A DNA stretch of 63,990 bases, the filler included, from Basidioascus undulatus (lineage: Eukaryota), in the NCBI GenBank assembly GCA_000826855.1. It is 4 parts of 4 records of this genome, joined end to end, with 100 filler letters (N's around TTAATTAATTAA, not from the genome) between each part and the next. Parts side by side here need not be neighbours in the genome. Positions count along the whole stretch, not along the records: positions 29,936 to 39,676 come from JTLS01001212.1; positions 39,777 to 55,054 come from JTLS01001213.1; 2 more parts are not named here. One strand, written 5' to 3'. The position numbers and the translations under genes are program-made. The notes beneath the pieces were generated by a model that saw only the letters and a program-made list of their open reading frames with translations, was not told where the DNA came from and ran no database searches. Each line of letters begins with the position of its first letter. Position 1 is the first letter of the stretch. This document shows, in pieces, positions 38,765-52,097 of the stretch.

Positions 38765-39676
38765 ACTGGAGGTCGTGCGGTGGACTGCGTGTGTGTGGGT
38801 GTGGGTGTGGTAGATTATCGATGAGCCAAGATGGCGTTAGGCGAAGGTATAGCAAGAGTAGAAGAGAGGTAATAAGCGTGGGTGGGTCGCGTTCGATTAC
38901 AGGCGATCGGATCAGGGGAAAGGGGAGCGAATGGGAGAACTGAAGCGGTCGGAAGAAGATCACTCGGGCGAATTATGCCTTGGCGACGGAACAGCGTTCG
39001 CGTCGGTGCCTGAAAAAATTGAAAAGCTGGGGCGTGCCGCTGATTTCTGGACTGAATTAGGTCATATGAAGGGATGGAAAAGGAAAGAGAGAATGGAGAT
39101 TTGTGGGTGAGCGTAGGGCACGAAGTCCGAGAGACACGGCAGAGGCGGTTCGGAGACAGTTGTACAGGTGTCGTGCGTGGTTGCGCAGGAGGAAGTGGGC
39201 ACGCTGTGGATAGTTTGGGGGAGCGGAGCGGGCGGAGGCGTACACAAGTCCCGAGGCTTCTCAATAAAGCAGAGATATGTGCAAGTAGTGGTGCTTGACA
39301 TACTTGTGATACGTAAGGGATCCAAGGACGGCCGCAGATATCCCCAGATGCGAAAGTACTGGCGCACGGCGGACGCACTTGATGCTTCTCAGGCAAACAC
39401 TTTCCGGACTGCGTGTTGGTCAAACACCTAAACAACAAGACATATCGCTGTGCGGATACCCCGTTGCATGCTTCCACCCGCGTGAGGCTGCCCGAAAGTC
39501 GGAGAGGGTGTAGATGCGACCGGGATGTCAATATACCGTAACCATATTGCAGGACTCCCACAGCGCTGTCTATCGGGAATGAACGTTCACAAAGCTGAAC
39601 AACATTACTTCCAATCTGCCGAACAACATCTTCCAGCCGACTTCACGCTCCCTTCTCCCCCCCCCCCCCCCCCCCC

Positions 39677-39776
39677 NNNNNNNNNNNNNNNNNNNNNNNN
39701 NNNNNNNNNNNNNNNNNNNNTTAATTAATTAANNNNNNNNNNNNNNNNNNNNNNNNNNNNNNNNNNNNNNNNNNNN
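39677..39776. other. Artificial contig linker
   Basis: N44-TTAATTAATTAA-N44, preceded by poly-C. Confidence 0.97.
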
Positions 39777-41172
39777 CCGCCGCCCTCCTCCGCCACCCTT
39801 GCCCCGTTCGTTTTCCCCTGCCGTCTCACCGCCTTGTCGCCTGCGCCCTCTGTTTGCACTGCATCCGTAATATTGCGAGTCCGAGTCGACGCCTGCGGTC
39901 GTGCTTCGGTACGTCTTCCGTCCTTTCCTTATCTTCTAATGCTGTTCCCAGCAGCTGACAAGTGTCCACCGCTCACAGCAGAACCTCGTACCATGCCATT
40001 CCTCGATTCCCCGCTCGCCCTTCCTGCCTTGCCTTGCCTGCTCCTGCTGCATAACCAGTATATCCCCCGCCCGTTCTCTTCTCACTCCCCACCGTGCTCG
40101 CCCCTCCATCCATCTGTCCCATCCGCAACGTTGCGCTCACTCTGCTCCTGTTTACCCCGGCGTTCCTTCTTCCACTCCCACATCAATCACTCCACTTCGA
40201 TACCTTAATCCTTCATCCGTCATCATCATCATCATCCCACAGACGCGTCACCCTCACCCATCTCTCTCTCGCTCTCTGCTGCATGTCCACCTTTTTCTCT
40301 TGCCTTCCCCTTTTCGTTCCGGTTTGTTTCCTTACTTCCGGCCTTCGAACACTGCACAATGCCCTTGCCTTTGCCTCTTTGCCTTGCCTTGCCTTGCCTT
40401 TACCTCTTCTCTTCTCCTCTTCTCTGATTTGCCCTTCTCACGATTTGTCTTTCGCTTCGCCTTTACCTTACCCTGTCTTGTCTCCGCCCGCGTTCTCTCA
40501 AATCCGCACTCGTCTTCATCTGCCCTTGCCTTCTTGCGCCGCCCGCCCTAGGCCCCCTGCCCGATGCAATGATCGTTCATGACACTACAGATTACCCGTG
40601 CTACTGCGCCTGTTGTGCCATGAAGGACTGCAGGAGCTCCTGTTGGGAAGGATGCGGTAGGTGCGGTAGGTACGTCGTGAGGGGCAACCGGGATCGCGTA
40701 TGGGAGGGGTGTGCGTCAGGTCGAGTACCGTTTGCTGAAGAGCCTTCTGACAGAGGTGAGAAGTTCACTGACTCCGTGGGCATTAGGAGGGAAGGGGCAA
40801 ATTGGCCCGAAATAGGATCGCCGGGATTTCGGTCAACGTCGCTCCCGTGACCGTTGACTCACTCCCCTCTTGTCGCTGTCGTCTTCTCGCGCTTCGCTTT
40901 GACTCACCTGCACCTCGAGGAGGATATATTGACCTCCTCTTTCTCTCTTTTCGAACCATGCTCACTTCGTTTTGAGCTGCTCGTACGCCTCAAGGATACC
41001 CAGCCTCTTAGCCGTCACCCTGGCACCTTCGCTCGCTCGCTCGCTTCGCTTCGTCTGTCGGGGCATTCGCACTCCTCCTACCCCGTAATCCGCGTAGAAG
41101 TTTTATAAGTACGTGTGTATCACGCTCCACTTGATGTAACTTAAGTCTTACATAGCATCTTCAGGCAGCGCC

Positions 41173-42190
41173 ATGTCGTCTCCCTTATACCGAGTCACAT
41201 CCTACACATCACCCGCCTCTTTCGTCGATGCGGTACAAACTCATCTCGAGCCTCGGGCAGCAGCCAACAACCTACCCCTCACTTCTGCTTTTCTCCCGCC
41301 CGCGCCGCCGGCATCTACGCTCTTTCTCGCGCTCTGGTCCGGCCTCGAAGCGGATCAGCTCCTCTTGACGCTCACCGTCTGTGCAACCTTCCCCATCGTC
41401 ATCGGATCAAAGCTCGAGCCGCACTCCTTGACCCCCTCGGACCTCAGCGACGCAGCCCGTGCCCTGGCCGACGCACTCGCGGAGCACGTCCCCGCCCACC
41501 GCGCATTCGGTATCGTAGGGCCTCTGCCCATCACGCGGGCCTTCTCGGATGCGTGGGCGTCCAAGCACGGTCTGACGCCCAAGTCCGAGCCGCACCTTCA
41601 CATGTTCCTCTCGCACGTCTCGCCGCGCACGCTCCGGCCCGGCGGGGCCGGGGCGGGCCTTCCCCGCTGTGCGCCTAGCGCGCCTGAAAGACCTCGACGT
41701 CGCTGCGCCCATGTGCAAGGACTTTGCTGCGCAGGGCACGTACCACCTCACGGATGAGAGCGCGCGCACGTACGCGCAGACGCTCATCGACGCGGGGCAG
41801 CTGTGGATCGAGGACGGGCGGAGGAGGGGCATCTTGGTGCTCCGGCGCCCCGGGATGGGCATCAAGGCCATCTCGACTGTGTGGACTATCTCGGAGGCGC
41901 GGGGACAGGGCGTCGCGGAGGCGCTCGTCCGCGCTGCATGCGAATGGTATTTTCATTCTTCTCTCCTCTCACCTGCCTCGCTTTTGGACTGCGCTCACTC
42001 AACTGGACGCAGGGCGTTTGCCAACGGCACAGACCAAGTGTGCCTCTATGTGGAGCAGAAGAACCCCGTCGCAGCGCGCGTGTACGCCCGCGTGGGCTTC
42101 GTCGGCCTCGAGACGGGCGTCCCCGGCGAGGGGACCGAGGAGTGGTGCGAGCTGGGGTTCGAGGGCGTCGGGGTTGGGAAGTGGAGCTGA
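41173..42190 (+). CDS. GNAT (FR47-like) acetyltransferase with a +1 frameshift near 41660
   Basis: ISTVWTISEARGQGVAEALVR, intron, then VCLYVEQKNPVAARVYARVGF. The N-half (41173) and C-half (41669) are in different frames. Confidence 0.8.
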
Positions 42191-42906
42191 AGACTTGAGG
42201 TCTCAGGAGGTCGGGCCTTAAGACTTTGATTGGGACGGACAACAGACATGCACGTGAGGACACTTTGCTTTTTTCACATCATGGAACATCGCTGCAAAGC
42301 AATGTGATATGCTGTTTCAACCGCGTGCTCTGAATTGTGCGCGCTCAGTTGACACCATACTGCAGCTGACTCGTCAAACGCATTTGAGTTGAACATTCTT
42401 TGATTGGCGGTGGGAAGAAAGCAGCGATCGGGGAGCCTATGCAGAGCGAGTGCCGCACCTTGCACAATCGACGAGCACTGCGTGATGTCTTGAACACGCA
42501 TCCACCGTACATGTTCGTTGCGAAACAAGCAGAAACCCTGTGCGCGCCGACCAAAGCACAGCCTTTAAGTCTTTTCCAGCCGTGAGCCTGTGGTTCAAGG
42601 CCCGGTCGACAATGCGGAATGCAGGCGCTACCGTTCCCACATCCCTTCCTCTTCGCACAAATTTCCAAGCTCCTGATATTTCAATCTGACATACAAACAG
42701 GGTTTAGTCACTGTCTTGGAAGCAGGTGGCTACCAGTTCTTCAGATGAAAGCCCATATACATTTCAACATCGACGCAGTTCACCCTTCACCGTCTGTTTG
42801 TTCGCTCTCGCAGTCCACAATTTCTGGTAACTAGTTCTGATAGAGACTATAAATATTTTTATCGCATTATTCACCTGTCAGCGCCCTGCCGTCCCTTCAT
42901 CCTGGT

Positions 42907-43131
42907 TCACCGTTGCAGCCGAGAGAACATGCTTACCTTGGGCGGGCAAACCCTCTTAGTGCTGACTATCGTGCCGTCCCTCAGCATTTTGCAGCTGTTG
43001 CACCCGTCTTCGCAAATCAATGGTTCGCCGGGGTTGTGTTCGAGGTCAGATCGCCCGTCGGCCGATGCGGCGGAGCCAGTCATTGCAGTGAAGACCAAAG
43101 CGACGCCGACGGCGATGATGTTGAAGCGCAT
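42907..43131 (-). CDS. Small secreted Cys-rich peptide with a pacifastin-like motif (3' exon uncertain)
   Basis: Signal peptide MRFNIIAVGVALVFTAMTGSAASA, then CEDGCNSCKMLRDGTIVSTKRVCPPK and a gtaagc donor at 42936. Confidence 0.65.
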   Translation of the reverse strand: MRFNIIAVGVALVFTAMTGSAASADGRSDLEHNPGEPLICEDGCNSCKMLRDGTIVSTKRVCPPKVSMFSRLQR

Positions 43132-44024
43132 GGCGATCAGGTAGGAGGAGATACACAGGTGGATTTTGAGAGAGTTTGAACTGCTGGTTTCAAGTGTTGG
43201 GGGTGGATGTAGAGAAGTGAGACGAAGCCTTGTTCGCTCAGTGCAAAGGGACCGCACCACTTGTTTCTAGGTCTTCCAGCCACCGCGGCCAGGTGATTAC
43301 ACGGTACTCCATCACTTCGACCCATTACACAAGGTACCAAGATATCGGGTGCATGGGTTGCATCTTCACAAGCGCACGCGGAAGGGTCGCCGCTACTTAT
43401 CGCACGCTTCAGCTGAGCAGCACAGGCCCGCATATGCCAGGATGTGCCAGAGCCAACAAGAGTTGCAGGGATACCCCACTTTTGCATGCCAGTATACGAT
43501 ACCTGACTTCATCATTGAAGGCGGAATGCCTGACTTCATCATTGAAGCAGACTTGTGATACCAACAAGCAACTCATGCGACTACGTCTGTATGGCGGTGT
43601 CGTCGGGCCGGGGTTGAACACCAGTGGGACACACGCATTGGGGTGCCACACTCTCTTCCGCTGTATGTTCTTTCATTGAATGTGACAGCTTCACTCTAGT
43701 GCCCAAATATCCGGTTTACAGATCTGGGTGGAATCGATCAAGTTGGGTGCATCCCGCGGCCTGCAGCTCATTCAGGCCGCTACCGTCGCCATTACGTCCT
43801 TCTAGTGGTGGCTGGTTGTGCCCAATGCCTTTTAAGACTTATATTTTGCTCACATAAAAGTGCATTACCTACATCAGTTGAATTGCTATTTGTTGAGGGA
43901 TAGAAAAGAACTCCAGGAGTCGCGGCTGCGCATTCGGCTGGACGACGAGCGGCAAATAAAACAGATAAAACGCGCGGAATGGCTGGGTGAGGCCTTGACG
44001 CTGAACGACCATCTTCACCTTGCC

Positions 44025-46355
44025 ATGTCCACGCTCGAGCAACAGCAAGCCGCTCTCCAAGCGGAGATCGCTCGCCTTACCGGTAATTATCAGCACAGTC
44101 TTTTGAGAGAGGGAAACACTGACCCAAATACAACCCCGCAGGCGAGATCAACCGTCACAAGCAGTCAGCGACCCCTCCTCCTGCTCCCCTTCTGCCAGCC
44201 GCTGCTCCCGCGTCCCACCCGCCTTCTTTCCGCCCGGGTATTAATACGTGGCGACCGTCATCATCCTCCGCACCCATCTCTCGCCATCCGACCCCTCCGC
44301 CGTACGCGACGAAGAACAAGACGCTCAATCGCGCTGCCGTGTTCAACACCGGCACTAGCACGAGCGCCGCTCCTCCTCCTGCCGCGCCGGCTCCGCGACC
44401 CCCACCTCCCCGTCAAGCAGTGGTACCGCAGTCGCATGTCCTCCAGGCGTCGCGGAACCGGAAGCTCGTGCTCAACGGCGCGGTGCCGACTCCGGCTCCG
44501 GCTCCTACGTTGGCGGCGGCGCCCAGCGCGCCCCCAGCGCACGGGGGCGAGACTTGGGTGGCGAGGAAAGACCGGCATATGTCGCTCATCAACACAGCGA
44601 CTTTCCAGAAGACGTGCGTCTCGAGCTCTCTTGTGCTGTCGGATTTCATAGCTCATCTCATCGCCGTCAGCGAACCTGCGCGGCAAGCTTCAATCGCCGC
44701 TACGCTGCAGGCGAAGTCCGCCGCCAAAGCTGCGAAAGCCGCTGCTCGCGCGGAGGCGAAGCGTGCTCGCCGCGCAGCTGTCGTTGCGGGCAAGTCAACC
44801 GCGTCCGTCACTAGTGCCGACGGCAAGCGTCGCATCATGATCGACGGCGTCGCGTTCGAGTTCGATCCGAGCGGGACCAAGCTCGTCAAGGTCGCTGCTT
44901 CAGATCTCCCTGCCACTCGTACGTTACGACCACTCGGAGGATATCCTGGGGCCACGCCGATTGATCGTCCGTCTGTCGAACTCAGCCTCCGCCTCTACCT
45001 CGCCCGCTGCTGCCTCCGCCACCGCCGCCGCTGCGTCTCCCAACACGCCGAAGCACACCACAATCGACGGCGCGGCGTACATCCGCACCAAGTCCGGCAA
45101 CCTCGTCAGCGCGGCTCTCGTGCGCAAGCGATCTGAGCGGCAGCACGCGCAGACCATGGCGGCGAAGCGGGAGCGGTTGGGCAACCTCAGCCTCGTCTTG
45201 GGCCATATGCAACGAGCAAGGTACGTCTGCACGGAATGGATTGAGGGCGGACCGGTTTTGGGCGCCGAAGAGTTGCTCAAAGCGGTATGGGTCATCGGGT
45301 GCGCGCAGGAACACCAAAAAACCGCCAAGGGCTGCACCGCCCGCTCCGATGAACGAAGAGGCCAAGCGACAAGCCGGACGCAAAATGTGCCCGAGGTTCA
45401 CCAAGACCGGTGCGATGATCCGCAGATTAACGATTAGACCTCCGACTGACGCCATCTTTCGTTCAATCTGGCATCTCGGATGATTGCTCACCGCTTACGC
45501 AAACTTCGATCGACTTTCTTTCACGCCACAGGTCGCTGTCCCAAGGCGCTTCACTGTCCCTTCACGCACGACTCCGACAAGACGGCGATCTGCCAGCACT
45601 TCCTCAAAAAGCGATGCCGCCACACCGCCTCGACCTGCCCGCTCTCGCACTCGCCCAACCCGCACAACATGCCATTCTGCGCGCACTTTGACTCGCCCAA
45701 CAGCTGCCGCATGGGCGCAGACTGCCCGTACCCGCACGTCCACCTCGGCAAGGACGCCGGCGTCTGCCGCGACTTTGCCATCCTCGGCTGGTGCGAGCGC
45801 GGCGCCGAGTGTGCGCAGCGCCACGTCTGGGAGTGCCCCGAGTTCGCGGAGAAGGGCACGTGCTCGAACCGCAAGTGCCGACTCCCACATATCCTTCGCT
45901 CGGAGAAGGGCAAGTGCGATGTCGAGGACGAGGAGTTCGCGGCGCCCGTGTCGGGCCCCAAGCGCAAGACGGGTGACGACGCCGACGAAGGCGCTGCGCT
46001 GGACAGCGAGACCGCCCTACGCGCGAAGCGCTTCAAGGTTCCGCGCAAGCGCTTCGACGCGGCAGACGACCTTATGGCGCAGAACGACTTCGTCACGTTC
46101 GAGGTCAGCGACTCGGAGGACGAGGAGAGCGGGAGCGATCAGGAGGAGGACGACTGGGATGGCGAGTCTGTGGAGTCCGAGGGGCTTGAAGAGGAGGATG
46201 AAGAGGAAAAGGAGGGTGGCAGCGGCTCAAGATCCGAGGACGAGGCGGACTCGGACGCCGAGAGCGAGAAGGGGCCGTCGGTCTCCCGTGGCGGTTCTTA
46301 CGCTGATGGGGAGATGTCCGTCGAGGGATCGTCTGAGGACGTTCCCATATTCTGA
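44025..46355 (+). CDS. CCCH zinc-finger protein (ZC3H3/Red5-like)
   Basis: LQAEIARLTG/AINRHK, IDGVAFEF, YIRTKSGNLV, five C-x7/8-C-x5/6-C-x3-H-type fingers, acidic tail. Confidence 0.88.
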
Positions 46356-46946
46356 TTGTTTCTTCCGTTCTCGTTCACGAGCATGGTTCCGCAATCTCAT
46401 TCGTTGCAGTCCTGTACGCAGTCGAGTGTCTCCCAATGCATTGTGTACGCGTATTGCTTGCTTGATTTATGTCTCGATTCACGTCACAATATGGTCGTCT
46501 TTTTTCCGTGTAAGAAGATGACTGGGAACATCGTCCGGGAGGCATCGACCGTTTGTTTCAGCGTCTACGTCGGTCCAACACGGCCTGGCGTGCCAGTCCG
46601 ACGACAGAGCTCTGCTGGTGCTGAACCCTCAACGTTTCTTGGCCATCAACTTCTTACTACCGGAAAGAAGGAATGTCACTTTATTATCAGCAATATATGC
46701 GCAGACCCCCACGCGCCGACAGCGCAGCGCAGGCAACGTGAAAAGCCTTGCCGCATCGCCAGACAAAGTGGGCTCCAGCATGTGAAATTACCGGCTTTCA
46801 AAGATCCCGGCCGGTGCTCGCCGCCTCCTCTCTTGTCTTTCATCATCATCGCTCTTCTCCACTCCCATCTCCGCTTTCGCAATAACGTTACAGCTCTTTA
46901 TAGATACACCTTCACTCACTGCGCAATAATCGGGACGATACACATC

Positions 46947-47956
46947 ATGGAGTTTATCGAGCGCATCGTCGCCGACCCGGCGTACCACGATGTGCTGGCT
47001 ATCGTGAAGGGCGCGAGGAACGGGCTCGTCTACGGTGGTGCGTGCATCTACCTCCCATCCGCATGAAAGGGCAGGAGCGCGAGGGTATTTGAGGCTCATT
47101 CAGTCAGTCCACAGCCAAGATCCGGTTTCCCCATGCCCTGGTTATGGCGATTTTGTTCGGGCGGGGCGAGTGCGTGCCGATCTCTTCCCCCATCCCGCTC
47201 GCTGATTCCGCGGAAGCTCATACCGATGGCTGGTGGTGTTCGTTGTGATTAGCTGGAGGGCTCGAGCACGGATGGTGTACCGGGCGACCAAGCAACACAG
47301 TCTGAATCTCGCCAAGTTCGTGACGTGCTACAAGATCGCGCTCCTGCTCCAGCGCAAGGCCAACGGCGGCAAGCCGCGCGGGAGCGATCCGTTCTTCGCC
47401 GGCCTGATCGGCGGCTACCTGTGAGTATTGGATGGCTCTGGTTTCTCTGTGTGCGCGATGGGGTTGGTGGGGGCAAGGCTTGCTGATGCTGTTGGGTCCG
47501 CGGTTGTGCAGGATTTTTGGCGAGCGCAATCCTGTTAACGAGCAGGTACGTCCAGTGCCTCTTCACTTTTCGTCCCTGCGGTCATGTACTGAATCTGCCT
47601 CCTTCATTTCGATCCAACTCTAGATCATTCTTTACGTTCGTCCCTCCCCAATCCTGACATTCCCATCTGCTTAGTCCGACGACTGCCTCTCATCCCAGAT
47701 CCTCTCTCGAGTCATCGCCTCCTTGATCCCGCGCGCCCCCACCCCCGCAGGCAAGACGCCCGTGCCCGGCAAGCCGCAACCGCCCGACCCGCGCGCGTTC
47801 ACGCCCGTCGCGGCGCTCGTCTGGGCGAGCGTTATGTGGCTGTTCGCGCACCGGCGCGAGACGCTCCAGTCCGGGCTCGTCAACTCGATGGACTACCTCT
47901 ACCTCCAGTCCGAGCGGTGGAAGGGCCTGCGCACGCTCCTGTGGCATAACGCGTAG
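46947..47956 (+). CDS. PXMP4: Peroxisomal membrane protein 4 (PXMP4/Pmp24, Tim17 family)
   Basis: KGARNGLVYG/AKIRFPHALVM, FFAGLIGGYL, VNEQIILY, WASVMWLF, SMDYLY...TLLWHN. Confidence 0.92.
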
Positions 47957-48607
47957 ATGCGTCGACGCGTTGCGGACTCGGGATGACATACATCGCTCTA
48001 GACATTGACATGGCTGCGGCAATAGGGATTGTCTGGGATTGGCGTCTGAAAGAGTGAACAAGATGCAATCGGAAAGGAGCATTCTATGGCAGAATCGAAA
48101 AGGGGAAGCTCGCGCAGTCTGCAGGCTGGTGAAGCAGCTGGTGAAGGCGTGAGCTCACGCAACGTTACGTTGCTTCCTGTGCCTTCATGGGACAGGGAGG
48201 CTTGAGGACGCTGCAGTAGTCCACCCATTGTTTGCTGCGAACAAAATACAAAATTGACCGCTCCCGAAAGCTGCGGCATTTACGAAAATAATAATGCATA
48301 CCTCAGCTCCACCGCGCAGCGTGAATGCACACGGCAGCTGCATCAACGAGCAGTACCTCAGGCAGACCACCCATGCAACGTGACCTGTAGCCAGCAGACT
48401 CCAGAGCAAAGCAGCAGTACGTAGTAAGTCCATGTTGTGATGCGTAGAAACTAGACTTGGGGGAGTAGGAGAAGAGAGAACAAGCGAGAGGATCGGAACG
48501 CAGCAGCAGAAATAGCAGCAGAACAAGACAGGACAGAGCGCAACGGAGTGGAACGGAAGGCGCAAGAGGGAGAAATGAGGCGAGGATCGTTTGAAGGTGG
48601 ATGTGAC

Positions 48608-48670
48608 TGTGAATGTGAATGTGAATGTGAATGTGAATGTGAATGTGAATGTGAATGTGAATGTGAATGT
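48608..48670. repeat. (TGTGAA)n microsatellite, about 10 copies
   Basis: Seen directly, downstream of the Bni4-like gene. Confidence 0.95.
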
Positions 48671-49163
48671 GGGGAGATTGAGGAAGAAGGAAGAAAACGA
48701 GGACCTTGCCCCGGGGAGGGAGGAAGAAGGCGCGGGATGAAAGGGAAGGGGCAGCGCCCAGAGTCAAGATGAGACAGTCAGTGTTTTGAAAGAAGAAAAG
48801 GGCGTGGCGGGCAAAGCGGAGGGGAATGAAGGGTAAAGATGATGATGAGCGTGAGTGTGGTGTAGTATTGTGTTGTGTTTGTGGGTTCGGAAACGTGATG
48901 AGGGTGCATGCATACAGGCGAAGGAGATGGGATGACAAGTGAGTGCGGAAGATAAGAGCGTGTGAAGAGCGGGTTGCAAGTGTGCAAGAAGGAGAGAGAT
49001 GAAAAAGCGAGCGAGCGAGCGAGCGAGTGGTAGCCTAACGGTGAGGGAGGGAGGATTGTGCGTGCGGCGCGGGTGAGTCGAGGGGATGAGGAATCGAGGG
49101 GATGAGGAATTGCGGGGAGAATGTGCGGAGGAGGGGATGGATCCCAGCGCGGAGTTGGAGCGA

Positions 49164-52097
49164 TCACAGGAAGAAGTGGGTGCTGTCAAGTGAAAAAGGC
49201 AGGCTTCGTAAGTCACCGGTGCAAAACGGAGGAAGTGGAGAGGGGACGAAAGACGGAGCACGCACTGGACCCTCGACTGCGCGTGCACTCGCATCTCCTC
49301 CATCTTGTACGTGTTGAGCTCCTCCTTGATCATCTGCGCGAGCTCGGGCGTAAGGCGGTTACAAGTCGCGGGCTCGCCGCGGCGGTCATAGACGTTGCTC
49401 GGCCACGTCGTCTGGATCGACATGTTTGCCGCGAACGTGCACCGCTTCTTGCCCGCGCCGACGGCGGGCGAGCTCGTCGCCGTGCGCGAGACGGGCGCCG
49501 ACGTCGCCGCGGCGTTGGTCGCGTCGCCGAGCGGGAGCGAGGGCGCGGACGAGTTGGCGCCCGTGTTGGCGTACGAGAACGAGAAGGGCTCGGAGGAGAT
49601 GGAGGGGAGGCTGAGGTCGAGGTCGAGCGAGCCCTTGGCTGCGCCGGACGCGGTCGAGAGCCCGTCGATGTGGTCCGGGTCGGGAGGCGGGATATGCGCC
49701 ATCGCATGCGCGTTGGACGCCTGCTGTAGCGTCCCGACGCTCGAGTACGAGTTCGACCGTCCGCGCATCTCGGGTCGCTCCTCGAAGTCCTCCTGCCGGT
49801 ATGAGCCCGCGGCTGCAAGAAAAGAAGCCAGAGTCACCGTCTGTCACGGTAGAACCTACACAGCGCGGAAAAAAAAATGAGAACGAACCCTTTAAGATGC
49901 CCCTCAGCTGGTACGTGCGCCGATGAGACCCCACGCCAAGATCAACAGGCCCGTTCCACTCCTGCGCAGGCGGCTGGAGGAAGATGGGCTCGTCGTCGTC
50001 GTCCGACTCGGGCTGATACGGTGCGACCTCGCCGTCGACGCTCGGCCGGGGCGTCTCGTCCGCATCCCACGCCGCGCTTGCGCCGCCCACGTCGCCCGTG
50101 CTCGGACCCCGGCGGAGCGAGCCCTGCAGCATCCCCGGCGACAACGACGACGGCGCTGCCGACTGCTGCTGCTGCTCGGCTGCGGCTTGCGCCGCCTGGT
50201 GCTGCTTGACGAACGCCGCCGCGGGACTGAGGCCGCCGAAGGAGCCCGAGGCGTCGCGGTCGACCTCGGCGGTCGCGTGTGAGACGGAGGACGTCGCGCC
50301 GCCCTTCTTGCTCTTCTTGTCCTTTTTCTTCTTCTTCTTGTCCTTCTCCTTGCTCTCGCGCTCATCCGCCTCGTGCCCGATCGGGAACTCGCCGCCCGCG
50401 CCGTCCTTGTCCTTGTCCTTGTCCTTGAACAGGTTCGTCAGGCTGATGAGGCTGTGTCGCCGCGCGAGCTTGCCCATGCTCCCGATCTTGCGGATCATCA
50501 CGCTCGCCGACGACGCCGCGGACGAGATCGAGATGTTGTCCGTCGACATGTTGAACTTGGAGTTGAAGATCGAGTGCTTCTTGGGCGGCGCGTCCGACGG
50601 CGCTGCGCCGCTGTCCGCGCGCGGTCGCGGTGAGGTGTCGTTCGGCGGCGTCTGCGGCGGCGAGGTCGAGCGCGAGGAGCCGTTCGTGTCGTGGGAAGAC
50701 GCCGAGTGGTTGATGCGGTGCGCGCTCGTGCTCGGGCGGGACTTGCTCGCGGTGGAGGGGGAAGAGCTCGACCGGCCGATGGCGCTGTCGTCCGTCGCGC
50801 CGTTCGCGAGCGCGGAGGAGCTGGAGAGTGCGCGTTTCAACCGGCTCTTGAGCCCGCCCTTGCCGTCCTTGAGCGCGGGCGACGCGGGTCGCTCCTCCGC
50901 AAGCATCTGCTGCTGGCTGAGCGGCGACGGCTTGGACTGCCGCGTCGGCAGACCGGAGCGGGGCGTCGCACCAGTGGGAGAGGGCGCGTTCGAGCTGTTT
51001 TGGGACGAGACGGAGGTGGAAGACCCGGGCACGCGCTGCTGGCCGGGGTAGACCTGCGTCGAGGAGGGTGTCGGGGTGGCGTTGCGGTCGGAGGAGTGCG
51101 AGTGATGTGACGGTGGGCGACTGGAGTGGTTCGAGGAGAAGGAGGACTGGCGGTCGTGCGTGCGGGGCGGAGGAGGGATGAAGTCGGAGGATAGGGAAGC
51201 CGCGGGGGCGAACGAGGGGTAAGGGCTGAGTGTGGGCGGGACGGTTCCGCGCGGCGAATCGCCAGTGCCGTACAGGCTTGTCCGGCTCGGGCGCGACTCG
51301 GAGACGTGGCTGACGGACCGTCGTCGATGGTCCGACGAGTCGACAGACGTCGATGAGGCGCCGCCCGCCGGCTCGCGGTACATGCCCGAGCGCGCTGTGC
51401 CCTCCGAGCTGACAGACCCGGACGACCCCTTCCGGAACGGTGGGTTCGGACGCGCGTGCGGACCCGTGTCGTCGCGGAGGATGGACGCCGCGTCGACGCT
51501 GCGCGAACGGCGGTGGCTGCCGCCGTGATCGGCGGAAACGGAGCGCACGCTTTGCGCAGGCCGCTGAGGCGGTGGCAGGCCGTGATCAGACGCGGCGGCG
51601 GTGAACGCGCAGTGCATGGCCCCGCCCGCGGGGTAGACGGCGCCGGCTCCGCCCCAGCCCGACTCCAGGTAGGGTGAGGCGGACGAGGGATGTTGTGGCC
51701 CGCTCGACGTCCGCCTGCGCCCGCCAAAGTCCGGGTTCTGGGGCGCGAACGCCTGCTGCATCATCAGCTGCTGCTGGTGGTACGCGGCCGCGGCGGCCCA
51801 TTGCTGCTGCTGGAAGAAGAGCGCCGGGTTCTGCGCGCCTGGAGGGAATGCGCCGAAGTAGCCCGTCCCCCCAGGTGGGTAGACGCCCCACGGTGGTGCC
51901 TGGTGGGAAGGGAAGTGCTGCGGGCCCTGTGGGTACGGGGGGGAGCCCGAGGGGGAGCGGGGGGTGGACGCGAGCATGGGGGAGTGTTGCGAGTTGCGCT
52001 GGTGGGCTGAGGGCGAGTGGTGGGCGGCCGGCGAGGAGGGGTTGTCGAACGAGCGGGGGTCCATCGGCGGAGAGGCGAGAGCGAGGGCGAGGGCCAT
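49164..52097 (-). CDS. Bni4-like / phosphatase-and-actin-regulator C-terminal domain protein (PP1-targeting)
   Basis: Long low-complexity N-terminus, STDNISISSAASSASVMIRKIG, RGILK, then TWPSNVYDRRGEPATCNRLTPELAQMIKEELNTYKMEEMRVH...THFFL*. Confidence 0.85.

Noticed and set aside
48303..48938. ORFs with HIHIHI / CECECE runs
   Set aside because: These are translations of the (TGTGAA)n microsatellite in non-coding DNA.
49386..49890. C-terminal part of the 903-aa ORF
   Set aside because: Read-through of an intron after RGILK. The true C-terminus is in another frame (Bni4-like domain).
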